A stretch of 64,000 nucleotides of DNA from Abditibacterium sp. GTDB taxonomy: Bacteria > Armatimonadota > Abditibacteriia > Abditibacteriales > Abditibacteriaceae. The DNA lies in NCBI GenBank assembly GCA_965246885.1, contig OZ251992.1, positions 2,112,001 through 2,176,000 on the forward strand. Reading direction: 5' to 3'. Positions 47,672 through 57,214 of this stretch are shown here, piece by piece. Numbering within the stretch: position 1 is the stretch's first letter; each line of letters starts with the position of its first letter. Both the position numbers and the translations under genes were made by a program. The notes under the pieces were generated by a model. It did not search any database. It saw nothing but the letters and a program-made list of their open reading frames with translations, and was not told the DNA's origin.

Positions 47672-48538
47672 GTGATTTTCTTCCCGACCGATGCATGGCG
47701 TGCGCGCGCCCAACGCGAGGCGGCGCGAGTGGCACCGTTTGTCGAAGAGCACATGGCGCGGCGCCAGCGCGGGGAGAAACATCCCGTGTGGGATTTTCTG
47801 TTTGAGTATTATCCCTTCAAAGCGTCGCTTCCGCTCCGGTTTTCGCCGGGGGTGGGCGTGGAACTGGAAGGGGCGGGGGAGTTTGTGGGGCGCACCGGGT
47901 GGAGCGCGACGCCGCGCGGGGCGAGGGTGGATGCGGCGAAGTTTCCCGTCGCGCGCTTGGACGAAGCGCGGCGCTCATTGGAACTGCTGGAAGCCACGCA
48001 AAGCCGGGCAGCGCGGTTCGACTGCTTTGGATGGCACGAGTGGGCGATGGTTTATCGCTCGGACGCGACACGGCACGCCTTGCCACTTCGGTTAAACGGG
48101 TCAGCTATTGGGGAGCTGCTGGAAGCCCAAACGCTGCGTTGCTCGCACTTCGACGCGGTGCGCTTTTGGACGCCCGACGCGCTTCCGCTCCAAACCCTGC
48201 GCCCCGCCGCGCATGACCGCGCGGCGTGGGAGCAACCGGGGTGCGTGCATGCGAACATGGATTTGTATAAGTTCGCCGCCCGCTTCGCGCCTTGGCTTGC
48301 CTCATCTTTGGTGGTTGAGGCGTTTCTGCTGGCCCGCGATGCCCGCGAGTTGGACATGCGCGCTTCGCCGTATGACCTCGCGCCGCTTGGCTTTGCGCCG
48401 ATTCTGCTGGAAACGCCCGACGGTCGCCGCGAATACGCTGCTTTACAGCGACAGATCGCCGAACGCGCCGCACCGCTGCGCGCCCGCCTTATCGAAGGAT
48501 ATGGCAGCTTGTTGGAAAAGGCGGCGGTGGATATTTGA
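47672..48538 (+). CDS. Conserved protein of the family often annotated '3-methyladenine DNA glycosylase'; function unverified
   Basis: KHPVWDFLFEYY, CFGWHEWAMVYR, CSHFDA.RF, EQPGC.HANMDLYK, DMRASPYDL. Start GTG 47672 is tentative. Confidence 0.75.
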   Translation: MIFFPTDAWRARAQREAARVAPFVEEHMARRQRGEKHPVWDFLFEYYPFKASLPLRFSPGVGVELEGAGEFVGRTGWSATPRGARVDAAKFPVARLDEARRSLELLEATQSRAARFDCFGWHEWAMVYRSDATRHALPLRLNGSAIGELLEAQTLRCSHFDAVRFWTPDALPLQTLRPAAHDRAAWEQPGCVHANMDLYKFAARFAPWLASSLVVEAFLLARDARELDMRASPYDLAPLGFAPILLETPDGRREYAALQRQIAERAAPLRARLIEGYGSLLEKAAVDI

Positions 48539-48554
48539 GGCCGCGCCAAGCATC

Positions 48555-48680
48555 GGCGCAGTTAATTCTTCCGTTGGCGCGTGCGCGTCATTCGGTGGCG
48601 CGGCTAATTCTTTTGTCGGCGCGTGCGCGTCACTCACCGGCGCGACCCGGCGACTCGTCGGCGCGGCCCGGTGGATGCTC
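48555..48680. repeat. 21-bp-period array D (6 units, 42-bp alternation)
   Basis: Each unit starts ggcgc; ggcgcgtgcgcgtca and taattctt units alternate; reverse complement matches array E units. Confidence 0.88.
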
Positions 48681-48748
48681 CGCCCGTACGAGTCGAGCGG
48701 AGCCAGAAGCAGGAAAATGGCGGCGCGTGGTTAAACTTCTCCTCTCTC

Positions 48749-49363
48749 ATGCAACCGTTCACCTCTTTGTCGGGCATCGCGGCGCCCCTTGACCGCGCCA
48801 ATGTGGACACCGATCAAATCATCCCCAAGCAGTTCCTCAAGCGCATCGAGCGCACCGGTTTTGGCGAATACCTCTTCTTCGATTGGCGCTACCTCGAAGA
48901 CGGCAAGACCCCCAACCCCGACTTTATCCTCAACGATTCGCGCTTGAAGGGCGCGCAGATTCTGGTCGCCGCGCGCAATTTTGGCAGTGGCTCCAGCCGC
49001 GAGCACGCGCCTTGGGCCTTAGACCAATACGGCTTTCGGTGCGTCATCGCCCCCTCTTTTGCCGACATTTTCTACAACAACTGCTTTCAAAACGGCCTGC
49101 TGCCGGTGATTTTGCCGGAAGACTCCGTCGCTATTTTGCTCGCCCGCATCGAGGCCAACCTCGGCATGACGCTGACCGTTGACCTTGAATCGCAAACCGT
49201 GCGCGGCGACGGCTTCGAGGCGGATTTCCAAGTAGACCAGTTCCGTAAGCACCGCATGCTCTTGGGATTAGACGACATTGGCATGACTATGCAGCACGAG
49301 GGCGACATTACCCAGTTCGAGGCGCACCGCCCCGCTTGGATGGCGTCGCTCGCGTCGGTTTAA
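48749..49363 (+). CDS. leuD: 3-isopropylmalate dehydratase small subunit
   Basis: [43 protein letters not shown]. Confidence 0.96.
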   Translation: MQPFTSLSGIAAPLDRANVDTDQIIPKQFLKRIERTGFGEYLFFDWRYLEDGKTPNPDFILNDSRLKGAQILVAARNFGSGSSREHAPWALDQYGFRCVIAPSFADIFYNNCFQNGLLPVILPEDSVAILLARIEANLGMTLTVDLESQTVRGDGFEADFQVDQFRKHRMLLGLDDIGMTMQHEGDITQFEAHRPAWMASLASV

Positions 49364-49366
49364 GCC

Positions 49367-50596
49367 TTAGACCAACAAATCGCGCGCGAACTCCAAGGCG
49401 CGGATGAAAACATCCACGTCCTCGCGGGTGTTGTAAGCGGCGAAACTGGCGCGGCAGGTGGCGGGAACTCCGAAGCGGCGCATGAGCGGCTCGGCGCAGT
49501 GGTGGCCGGTGCGGATGGCGACGCCCTGAGTGTCCACCAAGTGCCCGATGTCGTTCGGGTGGGCGCCGTCCAAAACGAAGCTCAAAACGCCCGCTTTGTG
49601 CGCCGCTTCGCCGATAATGCGGATGCCGGGAACCTCGCGGATGCGCGTGGTGGCATAGGCCAGCAGGTCAGCCTCGTGCGCGGCTATGTCGTCCATCGAG
49701 ATGGACGACACCCAGTCAATGGCGGTTCCAAAACCGGTCGCGCCCGCCATGTTGGGCGTGCCCGCCTCGAACTTATAGGGCAGTTCGTTCCACGTCGTCT
49801 CGCCCCACGACACGCTGGAAATCATGTCGCCGCCGAACTGATAGGGCGGCATCGCTTGGAGCAGTTCGCGCTTGCCGTGCAGGATGCCGATGCCCGTCGG
49901 CCCATAGATTTTGTGCGAGCTAAAGGTGAAAAAGTCGGCGTCGAGGGCGCCCAAATCAACGGGGCCATGCGGGACGGACTGCGCGCCATCCACGAGGATG
50001 GTGGTGCCATTGGCGTGCGCCATTTCGACTAACTCGGCGACGGGGTTAATGGTGCCGAGGGCATTGGACACATGAACGATGGACGCCAACTTCGTGCGCG
50101 GCGACAGCAAGCGTTGCCACTCCTCGACCATCAGTTCGCCCGCGTCGTTGACCGGCGCCACGACGAGCTTGGCGCTTCTTTCGCGGGCGAGCATTTGCCA
50201 AGGGACGATGTTGGAGTGATGCTCCATTTCCGACAGCAGAATCTCGTCGCCCGCCCCAATGTTGGCGCGTCCCCACGTCGCGGCGACGAGGTTGATGGAC
50301 TCGGTGCAACCGCGCGTGAAGATGAGTTCATGCGCGTCGGCGACATGAAGAAAGCGGGCGATTTTGACGCGCGCTTCCTCGTAGCGCCGCGTGGCGACTT
50401 CGCTCAGGTGATGCGTGGCGCGGTGCAGGTTAGCGTTTTCGGTCTCGTAGAACTCGCTCGTGCGGTCGATGACCGCGCGCGGCTTTTGCGTGGTGTTGGC
50501 GTTGTCGAGATAAACGAGCGGTTTGCCATGCACCTTGGTGGCGAGGATGGGGAACTGCGCGCGGACGGCGGCGACATCGAGGGTGGTGGTGGGCAT
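49367..50596 (-). CDS. sufS: Cysteine desulfurase, group II
   Basis: YLDNA.TTQKP, EHHSN, DGAQ, SSHK, RTGHHCA. Confidence 0.95.
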   Translation of the reverse strand: MPTTTLDVAAVRAQFPILATKVHGKPLVYLDNANTTQKPRAVIDRTSEFYETENANLHRATHHLSEVATRRYEEARVKIARFLHVADAHELIFTRGCTESINLVAATWGRANIGAGDEILLSEMEHHSNIVPWQMLARERSAKLVVAPVNDAGELMVEEWQRLLSPRTKLASIVHVSNALGTINPVAELVEMAHANGTTILVDGAQSVPHGPVDLGALDADFFTFSSHKIYGPTGIGILHGKRELLQAMPPYQFGGDMISSVSWGETTWNELPYKFEAGTPNMAGATGFGTAIDWVSSISMDDIAAHEADLLAYATTRIREVPGIRIIGEAAHKAGVLSFVLDGAHPNDIGHLVDTQGVAIRTGHHCAEPLMRRFGVPATCRASFAAYNTREDVDVFIRALEFARDLLV

Positions 50597-50626
50597 GAGT
50601 GGGTTCCTGCTGGCAACTATGGCTTC

Positions 50627-50696
50627 CGTAGGGACGCAGCTTGCCGCGTCCGTCGGGTCACGATTTGGAACGGACGCGGCAAGCAGCGTCCCTACG
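50627..50696. repeat. Inverted pair of GTAG-type REP sequences (REPIN-like)
   Basis: cgtagggacgcagcttgccgcgtccg ... cggacgcggcaagcagcgtccctacg between sufD and sufS. Confidence 0.85.
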
Positions 50697-50701
50697 TTGG
50701 T

Positions 50702-52018
50702 TTACAGCGCCGCCGACAAACGCGCTTCCATTTCGTCGCGCACGGTCTCGGAGGAGATGTTTCCGAGCGCCTCGCCCGCGAAAGCGCGGATGAGGATGGC
50801 GCGCGCTTCCCTTGCCGGGACGCCGCGCGACTGGAGGTAGAACTGCGCGGCCTCGTCGAGTTGGCCAATCGTCGCGCCGTGCGTGCACCGCACGTCATCG
50901 GCGAGGATTTCCAATTGCGGCTTGGCGTTGATGGTCGCGTCGGGCGACAGCAAAATGGTGCGGTTGGACTGCTTCGCGTCGGTCTTTTGCGCGTCCAGAC
51001 GCACGAAGATTTTGCCGTTGAAAACGCCGACGGACTTGCCGTTCAAGACGTGCGCGTAGTGCTCATGGCTGGCGCAATGCGGCACGGCGTGATCCATCGT
51101 GGTGTGGTTGTCTATGTGCTGCTCGCCATCGGCGACGACTAAGCCGTCGAGGGTGATTTCGGCGCCCTCGCCCTGCATAACCGCCGTCGCGTTGTTGCGA
51201 ACGATGCGCCCGCCGAGGTTAAGCGTCGTCGAGCGCAGGTTCGCACCCCGCGCCGCGCCTAATTGCACGCTCCCAATATGGAAGGCGCGCGGCGATTCGA
51301 GTTGCACCTTGAGATGCTCTAACTGCGCGCCCGCGCCCGATTCGACTTCGGTCACCGCATTGGTGAAGTAGGCGCCGTCACCGGAGGAGCAGTAACTCTC
51401 AATGAGGGTGAGTTTCGCGTTCGCGCCTAAGAGGACGAGGTTGCGCGGGTGGGAGACGGTCGCCGCGTCGCCGATGGAAACGAAGACCAAGTGCACGGGC
51501 GCCGCAAGTTCGACGTTAGCGGGCACGAACACGAACGCGCCGTCCTGCGCGAAGGCGGTGTTGAGCGCGACGAAGGTTTCCTCGCCGTCAACCGAGCGCC
51601 CGAACGCTTGCTGCACGCGCTCCGAATCGGCGGCGATGGCTTCGCTCAGGGCGCGCACTTCGACGCCTGCGGGGAGTTCGCCGATGCGCGAGAACATGGG
51701 TTCAAAGTGGCCGTTGACGAAGACCAAGCGCGGCCCGTCCAATCCCACGAACGGCAGCGAACCCAAATTGTCCTCGCTGTCGGCTGCTTCAAAGCGGAAG
51801 ATGGGCGTCGCCACGAGGTTAGCGACGGGCGTCACGTCGGTGTATTTCCACTCCTCGTCGCGCACGGTGGGGAAGCCCAAGCGCGCGAAGGTCGCCATCG
51901 CGTCGCGGCGGCGCGCGGCGAGCCAATGCGGGGCGGGATGTTCGCGCTCGAACTGCTCGAAGGCGCCTTGGTAACGCGCGACGGCACCGGCGGTGGGGTT
52001 GGTTAGGATTCGGGACAT
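50702..52018 (-). CDS. sufD: Fe-S cluster assembly protein SufD
   Basis: EEWKYT, VFNGKI.V..DAQKT, KPQLEI.ADDV.C.HGAT, FYLQSRG. Confidence 0.95.
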   Translation of the reverse strand: MSRILTNPTAGAVARYQGAFEQFEREHPAPHWLAARRRDAMATFARLGFPTVRDEEWKYTDVTPVANLVATPIFRFEAADSEDNLGSLPFVGLDGPRLVFVNGHFEPMFSRIGELPAGVEVRALSEAIAADSERVQQAFGRSVDGEETFVALNTAFAQDGAFVFVPANVELAAPVHLVFVSIGDAATVSHPRNLVLLGANAKLTLIESYCSSGDGAYFTNAVTEVESGAGAQLEHLKVQLESPRAFHIGSVQLGAARGANLRSTTLNLGGRIVRNNATAVMQGEGAEITLDGLVVADGEQHIDNHTTMDHAVPHCASHEHYAHVLNGKSVGVFNGKIFVRLDAQKTDAKQSNRTILLSPDATINAKPQLEILADDVRCTHGATIGQLDEAAQFYLQSRGVPAREARAILIRAFAGEALGNISSETVRDEMEARLSAAL

Positions 52019-52777
52019 TTAAACCTCCGCGAACTGCGCCTTGATGGGGTCGTAGCCGCCCGCTTCCAATTCGAGCGCCAGTTCTTTGCCGCCACTGCGC
52101 ACGATTTGGCCGCGATACAGAATGTGCACGAAGTCCGGCACGATGTAGTCGAGCAGGCGCTGATAGTGCGTGATGACGACGGTCGCCGTCGTGGGCGACT
52201 TTAACGCGTTGACGCCGCCCGCCACCACTTTCAAGGCGTCTATATCCAGCCCGGAGTCCGTCTCGTCCAGCACTGACAGGAGCGGCTCCAAGAGCGCCAT
52301 TTGGAAAATCTCCGACTTCTTCTTTTCCCCGCCTGAAAAGCCCTCGTTCACCGACCGCTTGAGGAACTGCTCGTCCAAGTTCACCAACTTCGACTTCGCC
52401 TTGACCAGCTTGAGGAACGACAGGGCGTCCAACTCCGGCAGCCCCTTGTATTTGCGAATCCCGTTGAGCGCCGCGCGCAGAAAGACCTGCGTGTTGACGC
52501 CCGGTATCTCGATGGGATACTGAAAGGCGAGGAACAACCCTTCCGCCGCGCGCTCTTCGGGCGCCAGATCAAAGAGGTTCTGGCCGTTGAACAGCACCTC
52601 GCCGTCCGTTATCTCGTAGTCGTCGCGCCCCGCCAAGACCGACGCGAGCGTGGATTTGCCCGACCCGTTCGGCCCCATGACCGCGTGCACTTCGCCTGCG
52701 CCGACCGATAAATTGATGCCGCGCAGGATTTCTTTGTCCTCGATGCGCGCGTGTAGGTTCTTAATTTCTAAAAGCAT
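52019..52777 (-). CDS. sufC: Fe-S cluster assembly ATPase SufC
   Basis: MGPNGSGKSTL, FQYP.EIPGV, NEGFSGGEKK, LDETDSGLDIDAL, ITHYQRLL. Confidence 0.97.
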   Translation of the reverse strand: MLLEIKNLHARIEDKEILRGINLSVGAGEVHAVMGPNGSGKSTLASVLAGRDDYEITDGEVLFNGQNLFDLAPEERAAEGLFLAFQYPIEIPGVNTQVFLRAALNGIRKYKGLPELDALSFLKLVKAKSKLVNLDEQFLKRSVNEGFSGGEKKKSEIFQMALLEPLLSVLDETDSGLDIDALKVVAGGVNALKSPTTATVVITHYQRLLDYIVPDFVHILYRGQIVRSGGKELALELEAGGYDPIKAQFAEV

Positions 52778-52795
52778 GATGGGTGGTTCCGACGT

Positions 52796-54241
52796 TTAGC
52801 CGACGCTCCCTTCCAACGAGATGCCCAATAACTTCTGCGCTTCGACGGCGAACTCCATTGGTAGCTCGCGGAAGACCTCTTTGCAAAAGCCGTTGACGAT
52901 CATCGAAACGGCGTCTTCCGTCGAGATGCCGCGCTGATTGCAATAGAAGATTTGGTCTTCCCCGACTTTCGAGGTGGACGCTTCGTGCTCCACTTTCGCC
53001 GTCGGGTTGCGCACCTCGATATACGGGAAGGTATGGGCGCCGCACCGGTCGCCAATGAGGAGCGAGTCGCACTGCGAGAAGTTGCGCGCGTTGTCGGCGC
53101 CCTTGAGCACCTTGACCAGCCCGCGATACGAGTTCTGGCCGCGCCCCGCCGAAATGCCCTTGGAAACAATCGTCGAGCGCGTGTTCTTGCCGATGTGAAT
53201 CATCTTCGTCCCTGTATCGGCCAACTGCGCGTTATTGGTAACGGCGACCGAGTAGAACTCGCCGACGGAGTTATCGCCTTGCAAGATGACGCCGGGATAC
53301 TTCCACGTGATCGCGCTCCCCGTCTCGACCTGCGTCCACGAAATCTTGCTGGACTCGCCCCGGCAGGCGCCGCGCTTGGTGACGAAGTTATAGATACCGC
53401 CTTTGCCGTTCGCGTCGCCGGGATACCAGTTCTGGACGGTGGAATACTTGATGCTCGCCCGCTCCAGCGCGACCAACTCCACGACCGCCGCATGCAGTTG
53501 GTTGGTGTCGAACTTGGGCGCGGTGCAACCTTCGAGGTAGGACACCTGCGCGTCGTCCTCGCAGACAATGAGCGTCCTCTCGAACTGCCCGGAATCCTGC
53601 GTGTTGATGCGGAAGTACGTCGAGAGTTCCATCGGGCACTTCACGCCTTTGGGAATGAACACGAACGAGCCATCCGAAAACACGGCGGAGTTGAGCGCCG
53701 TGAAGTAGTTGTCGGTATGAGGAACGACCGACCCCAAATACTGCCGCACGAGTTCGGGATGCTCGCGCACGGCATCGGAGAACGAGCAAAAGATGATGCC
53801 CAGTTCCGACAGCTTCGCTTTAAACGTCGTCGTAACCGAAACCGAATCGAACACGACATCCACCGCGACGTTAGCAAGGAGCTTCTGCTCTTCCAAGGGG
53901 ATGCCCAGCTTGTTGAAGGTTTCGACGAGCTTCGGGTCTACCTCGTCCATCGAGGCCAACTTGGGCTTTTCTTTGGGCGCGGAGTAGTAGATAATGTTCT
54001 GGTAGTCCAGTTCGGGGTAGTGCGCGTTGAGCCAGTGCGGTTCTGCGAGCGTCGTCCAATGGCGGTAGGCTTTGAGGCGCCAGTCGAGAAGCCACGCCGG
54101 TTCGCCCTTTTTCAGCGAGATGGCGCGCACCACGTCCTCGGACAGGCCGCGCGCAAAGGAATCGGACTCGATGTCGGTAACAAATCCGGCGGTGTATTCT
54201 TGCGAAGCGAGCGCTTCGATGGTCGGTGTTTCGGTGCTCAT
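52796..54241 (-). CDS. sufB: Fe-S cluster assembly protein SufB
   Basis: [52 protein letters not shown]. Start ATG 54241. Confidence 0.97.
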   Translation of the reverse strand: MSTETPTIEALASQEYTAGFVTDIESDSFARGLSEDVVRAISLKKGEPAWLLDWRLKAYRHWTTLAEPHWLNAHYPELDYQNIIYYSAPKEKPKLASMDEVDPKLVETFNKLGIPLEEQKLLANVAVDVVFDSVSVTTTFKAKLSELGIIFCSFSDAVREHPELVRQYLGSVVPHTDNYFTALNSAVFSDGSFVFIPKGVKCPMELSTYFRINTQDSGQFERTLIVCEDDAQVSYLEGCTAPKFDTNQLHAAVVELVALERASIKYSTVQNWYPGDANGKGGIYNFVTKRGACRGESSKISWTQVETGSAITWKYPGVILQGDNSVGEFYSVAVTNNAQLADTGTKMIHIGKNTRSTIVSKGISAGRGQNSYRGLVKVLKGADNARNFSQCDSLLIGDRCGAHTFPYIEVRNPTAKVEHEASTSKVGEDQIFYCNQRGISTEDAVSMIVNGFCKEVFRELPMEFAVEAQKLLGISLEGSVG

Positions 54242-54445
54242 AACGACTCGATGGGCTTTGGGAAGCTGCACACAGAGGTTTCCCAAACGGTGCCTTACAC
54301 CCGACACAAACGAAGCGAGACGGTTCCCGCGCCGCCCACAATTCTCCTATTCATTTCGTCGGAATTGACTCTAAAGATGAAACTGCGCCGCTCAAAGACG
54401 GCAGAAGCCGGAACAGAATGTTCCGGCTTCCAACAAACCAAACGC

Positions 54446-54820
54446 TTACGCTGCCTTTGCTTCCAAATGGCGCTCCTGCCGCTCCAAGTCGTGCACCAGC
54501 ACCTCATGGAGGTGCGTTACGTCAATGGGTTTGGGCATGAAGTGCTCGGCGATGCCGTCGGCGATATCGAGGTCGAGGGCGCTGGTTAAAATAACAAGCG
54601 GCGCGTGCGGCATTTTGCGGGCGCGCGCGGCCAGTTCGACGCCGCTCATGCCGGGCATGCGCACGTCGGAAATCAAAAACGCGAACTCCTCGCGCCGCAA
54701 CAAAGAAAGCGCCTGCCACCCGCTCTGAGCTACCGTCACGGTATGGCCTTGACGTCGAAGAGCGATCGCCAACGTCAGCAAAACGTTGGTGTCGTCATCT
54801 ACTAAAAGGATTTGGGCCAT
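54446..54820 (-). CDS. Single-domain response regulator (REC)
   Basis: ILLVDDD, ISDVRMPGMSG, ILTS, KP. Confidence 0.9.
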   Translation of the reverse strand: MAQILLVDDDTNVLLTLAIALRRQGHTVTVAQSGWQALSLLRREEFAFLISDVRMPGMSGVELAARARKMPHAPLVILTSALDLDIADGIAEHFMPKPIDVTHLHEVLVHDLERQERHLEAKAA

Positions 54821-54909
54821 TGCAAATATCACCGCGCACCCGGTCGGTACGCTATGAGAGGCAACGCAAATCAAGTGCCGAGCCGTATCCAAAGTTTCCG
54901 CAGCTACTT

Positions 54910-55449
54910 TTAAGTCCAAAAGCGGCGCCATAAGCGTTGCCATCGGAGGGGCTGGCACCCAGTCGCGCGGCGCTGGCGATTCCATAAACGCACCTGCGCC
55001 CGCAGTTGCGGTTTCATCGGCAGGCCCGCGTAGACCGCATGAACATGTTCGGCACCTTTCCAATGCGGCCCTGTGCGAAACCACGCTATAAAGCCCGCGT
55101 GCGCCAAATCTTCGAGAAACTCGGCGCGCTTACGGGGTGTCAGGTCGTCCACTCCCAAGTCCACCGCCGCACTGTAATCCTCGCCGCCAACCGTGCCGTC
55201 ACGCAGGTGGTACCCCTTTGAACGCGGGTTATTCCCAAGCGTCTGGCCAATGCGAATCGGGCTAATGCCCGCCGCAAAACACGCCCCCCTGAACGCCCGC
55301 CATGCGACGGGCGCCATCCCTGTGGGCCGCTCAAACGGACGCGCGAGGTGGCGCGGCGGCAGAAGTACCCCGACGCGGTAACTGCGCCACCCCCAAAACG
55401 CCACGAGTGCGGCCAGAAGCAGGCAGGAAAAGAGCAAAAAGCGGCGCAC
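54910..55449 (-). CDS. Membrane-anchored hypothetical protein, possible Zn-peptidase (M15/Hedgehog-like fold); start uncertain
   Basis: N-terminal TM segment; GYH...AAVDL and EHVHAVY resemble Zn-ligand motifs. Confidence 0.55.
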   Translation of the reverse strand: MRRFLLFSCLLLAALVAFWGWRSYRVGVLLPPRHLARPFERPTGMAPVAWRAFRGACFAAGISPIRIGQTLGNNPRSKGYHLRDGTVGGEDYSAAVDLGVDDLTPRKRAEFLEDLAHAGFIAWFRTGPHWKGAEHVHAVYAGLPMKPQLRAQVRLWNRQRRATGCQPLRWQRLWRRFWT

Positions 55450-55495
55450 CCGAACAGTTAGACCGCGCGGCGTAAACTGCGACAACCTAATCGCC

Positions 55496-56749
55496 ATGAA
55501 ATTAACCCCAGTCGGCAAATTCGCCCTCTTCCTGCTTCTGCTCGGCGCGCTCGCGGGCGGCCTGCGCTTCTTTGCGCACAAGGCGGGCACCCCCACCACC
55601 GTCACGCAAAACGGCGGCGGCTCGAACGCGGGCACCGGTAGCGGCAATGGTGGCGGCTCGCAAACGGGCACCAATCCAAACGGTGGCGGCACCGGTGGCG
55701 GCGACACTGGCACGGGTCAAGCAGGTGGCGTTGCGGCGACGGTGGGCGCGAACGAGTTGCAAATCGTGACCAGCGCTTCCAAGCGCGGTTGGCTCAACGA
55801 GCAAATAGACAAGTTCAACGCGCAGTCCGACGTGAAGCTCGTGCCCAAACTCGTCGAAACGCGCGAAGCGATGCAGCAGATTTTGTCGGGCCGCCTCAAG
55901 CCCGCGCTGTGGAGTCCCTCGTCCGTCATCTGGGCCGACCGTTTGGCCGAAGTTCTCAACCAGCGCACTGGCTCGTCGCCGCTCGATACCGGCGATCCGA
56001 ACTCCTACCGCTCCGTGCTCAAAACGCCCATCGTCTTTCTGACCACGAAAGAGAACGCCAAGATTCTGCGCCCGCTCCTCAGTTCCGCCGAGTGCTGGCC
56101 CAACGTCCAGAAACTCTCCAAGGGCGACACCCCATTCCCCGGCGGCTTCAAGTGGGCGCACGCCGACCCGCTCAACGCCAACTCCGGCATGCTGACGCTC
56201 GCGCTTATCATCAACGACTACGCCAACCGGACGGGGCAGACCGGCTCGATTCAAAACGTCGCCACATCGGGCGCCTTTCTGGACTATCTGAAGTCGCTGG
56301 AATCGAAAATCGTCTACAACACCGCCGTTCAAAAAGGCTCGTCCGCGCTCGTCAAGTCGTTCACCGAAGACCCGTCGCGCTATTCGTTCATCACCGCCTA
56401 CGAAGCGGCGGCAGTGGAAGCCATCGCGCAAAACCCTGACCTCGCGGTTATCTACCCCAACCCGACCGTCAACGCCGAAAACGCCGTTGCTTTCCTCAAC
56501 TGGCCCGATTTGAACTCACAGCAAAAAGCGGCGGGCCTCGCGTTTCTCAAGTTCGTTGGCACGCCCGCCTCGATGCAAGACGGCCTCAAAGAACACTTCC
56601 GCCCTCTCAAGGGCGCGGGCAACGACCCGCAGCTGGCGGCACTGTCGGGCAACGGCATCGAAACCAGCTACTCGGCCATCGAACTGCCGCCGTACTCGGT
56701 TCTCAACGGCGTGGCGTTCAAGTGGCGCACCGAAATCGCGGGCAAGTAG
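55496..56749 (+). CDS. Membrane-anchored periplasmic-binding-fold protein with Gly/Thr linker
   Basis: TM anchor; PALWSPSS, TPIVF, HADP..ANSG, YE...V, AVIYP resemble the binding domains of vWA-associated solute-binding proteins; no vWA domain here. Confidence 0.75.
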   Translation: MKLTPVGKFALFLLLLGALAGGLRFFAHKAGTPTTVTQNGGGSNAGTGSGNGGGSQTGTNPNGGGTGGGDTGTGQAGGVAATVGANELQIVTSASKRGWLNEQIDKFNAQSDVKLVPKLVETREAMQQILSGRLKPALWSPSSVIWADRLAEVLNQRTGSSPLDTGDPNSYRSVLKTPIVFLTTKENAKILRPLLSSAECWPNVQKLSKGDTPFPGGFKWAHADPLNANSGMLTLALIINDYANRTGQTGSIQNVATSGAFLDYLKSLESKIVYNTAVQKGSSALVKSFTEDPSRYSFITAYEAAAVEAIAQNPDLAVIYPNPTVNAENAVAFLNWPDLNSQQKAAGLAFLKFVGTPASMQDGLKEHFRPLKGAGNDPQLAALSGNGIETSYSAIELPPYSVLNGVAFKWRTEIAGK

Positions 56750-56760
56750 AATCCCCGGCC

Positions 56761-56921
56761 CGCCGTCGTCTGTCGCCGAGCGCCAGACGGGCGCCAACGA
56801 GTGACAGACATGCGCCACTCGCCGCCAGCCGTGCGCCAACCAGTGACAGACGTGCGCCACTCGCCCACACAGGCGCGCCGACGAGTGACGCGCGTCTGTC
56901 GGCCATTGGCGGACGACGGCG
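56761..56921. repeat. 21-bp-period array E (7 units) with short terminal inverted repeats
   Basis: cgccaacgagtgacagacatg / cgccactcgcc.. alternating units; cgccgtcgtc...gacgacggcg ends. Confidence 0.9.
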
Positions 56922-57214
56922 CTCGCGTGGGCGACCTCCCCCAGTCATCCCTCGAATTCGCCATTCCGCAAAAAGGAGAATTTGTGCCAATTTTAATGAG
57001 AATCGGTTAGAGCAGTAGTGCGCGGATTCGCCGGAAAACGTCCGCAAAAGTAGTAAGATGATGAATGTCCTTCCACGCAGGCGACCGCAAAGAACTACCC
57101 CCGGCAAGGCCGGAGGCACGGCGACACAGGGAAGGGGCCGCCGCTCGAAACGATGCGCAAAGCAACGCGCCGTCTGGTGGAGCGTGGCCAAGGTAATGAA
57201 AGGACAAAACTCTC

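Noticed and set aside
52796..54241. Intein in SufB
   Set aside because: Length (481 aa) and motif spacing are normal; no splice-junction motifs seen.
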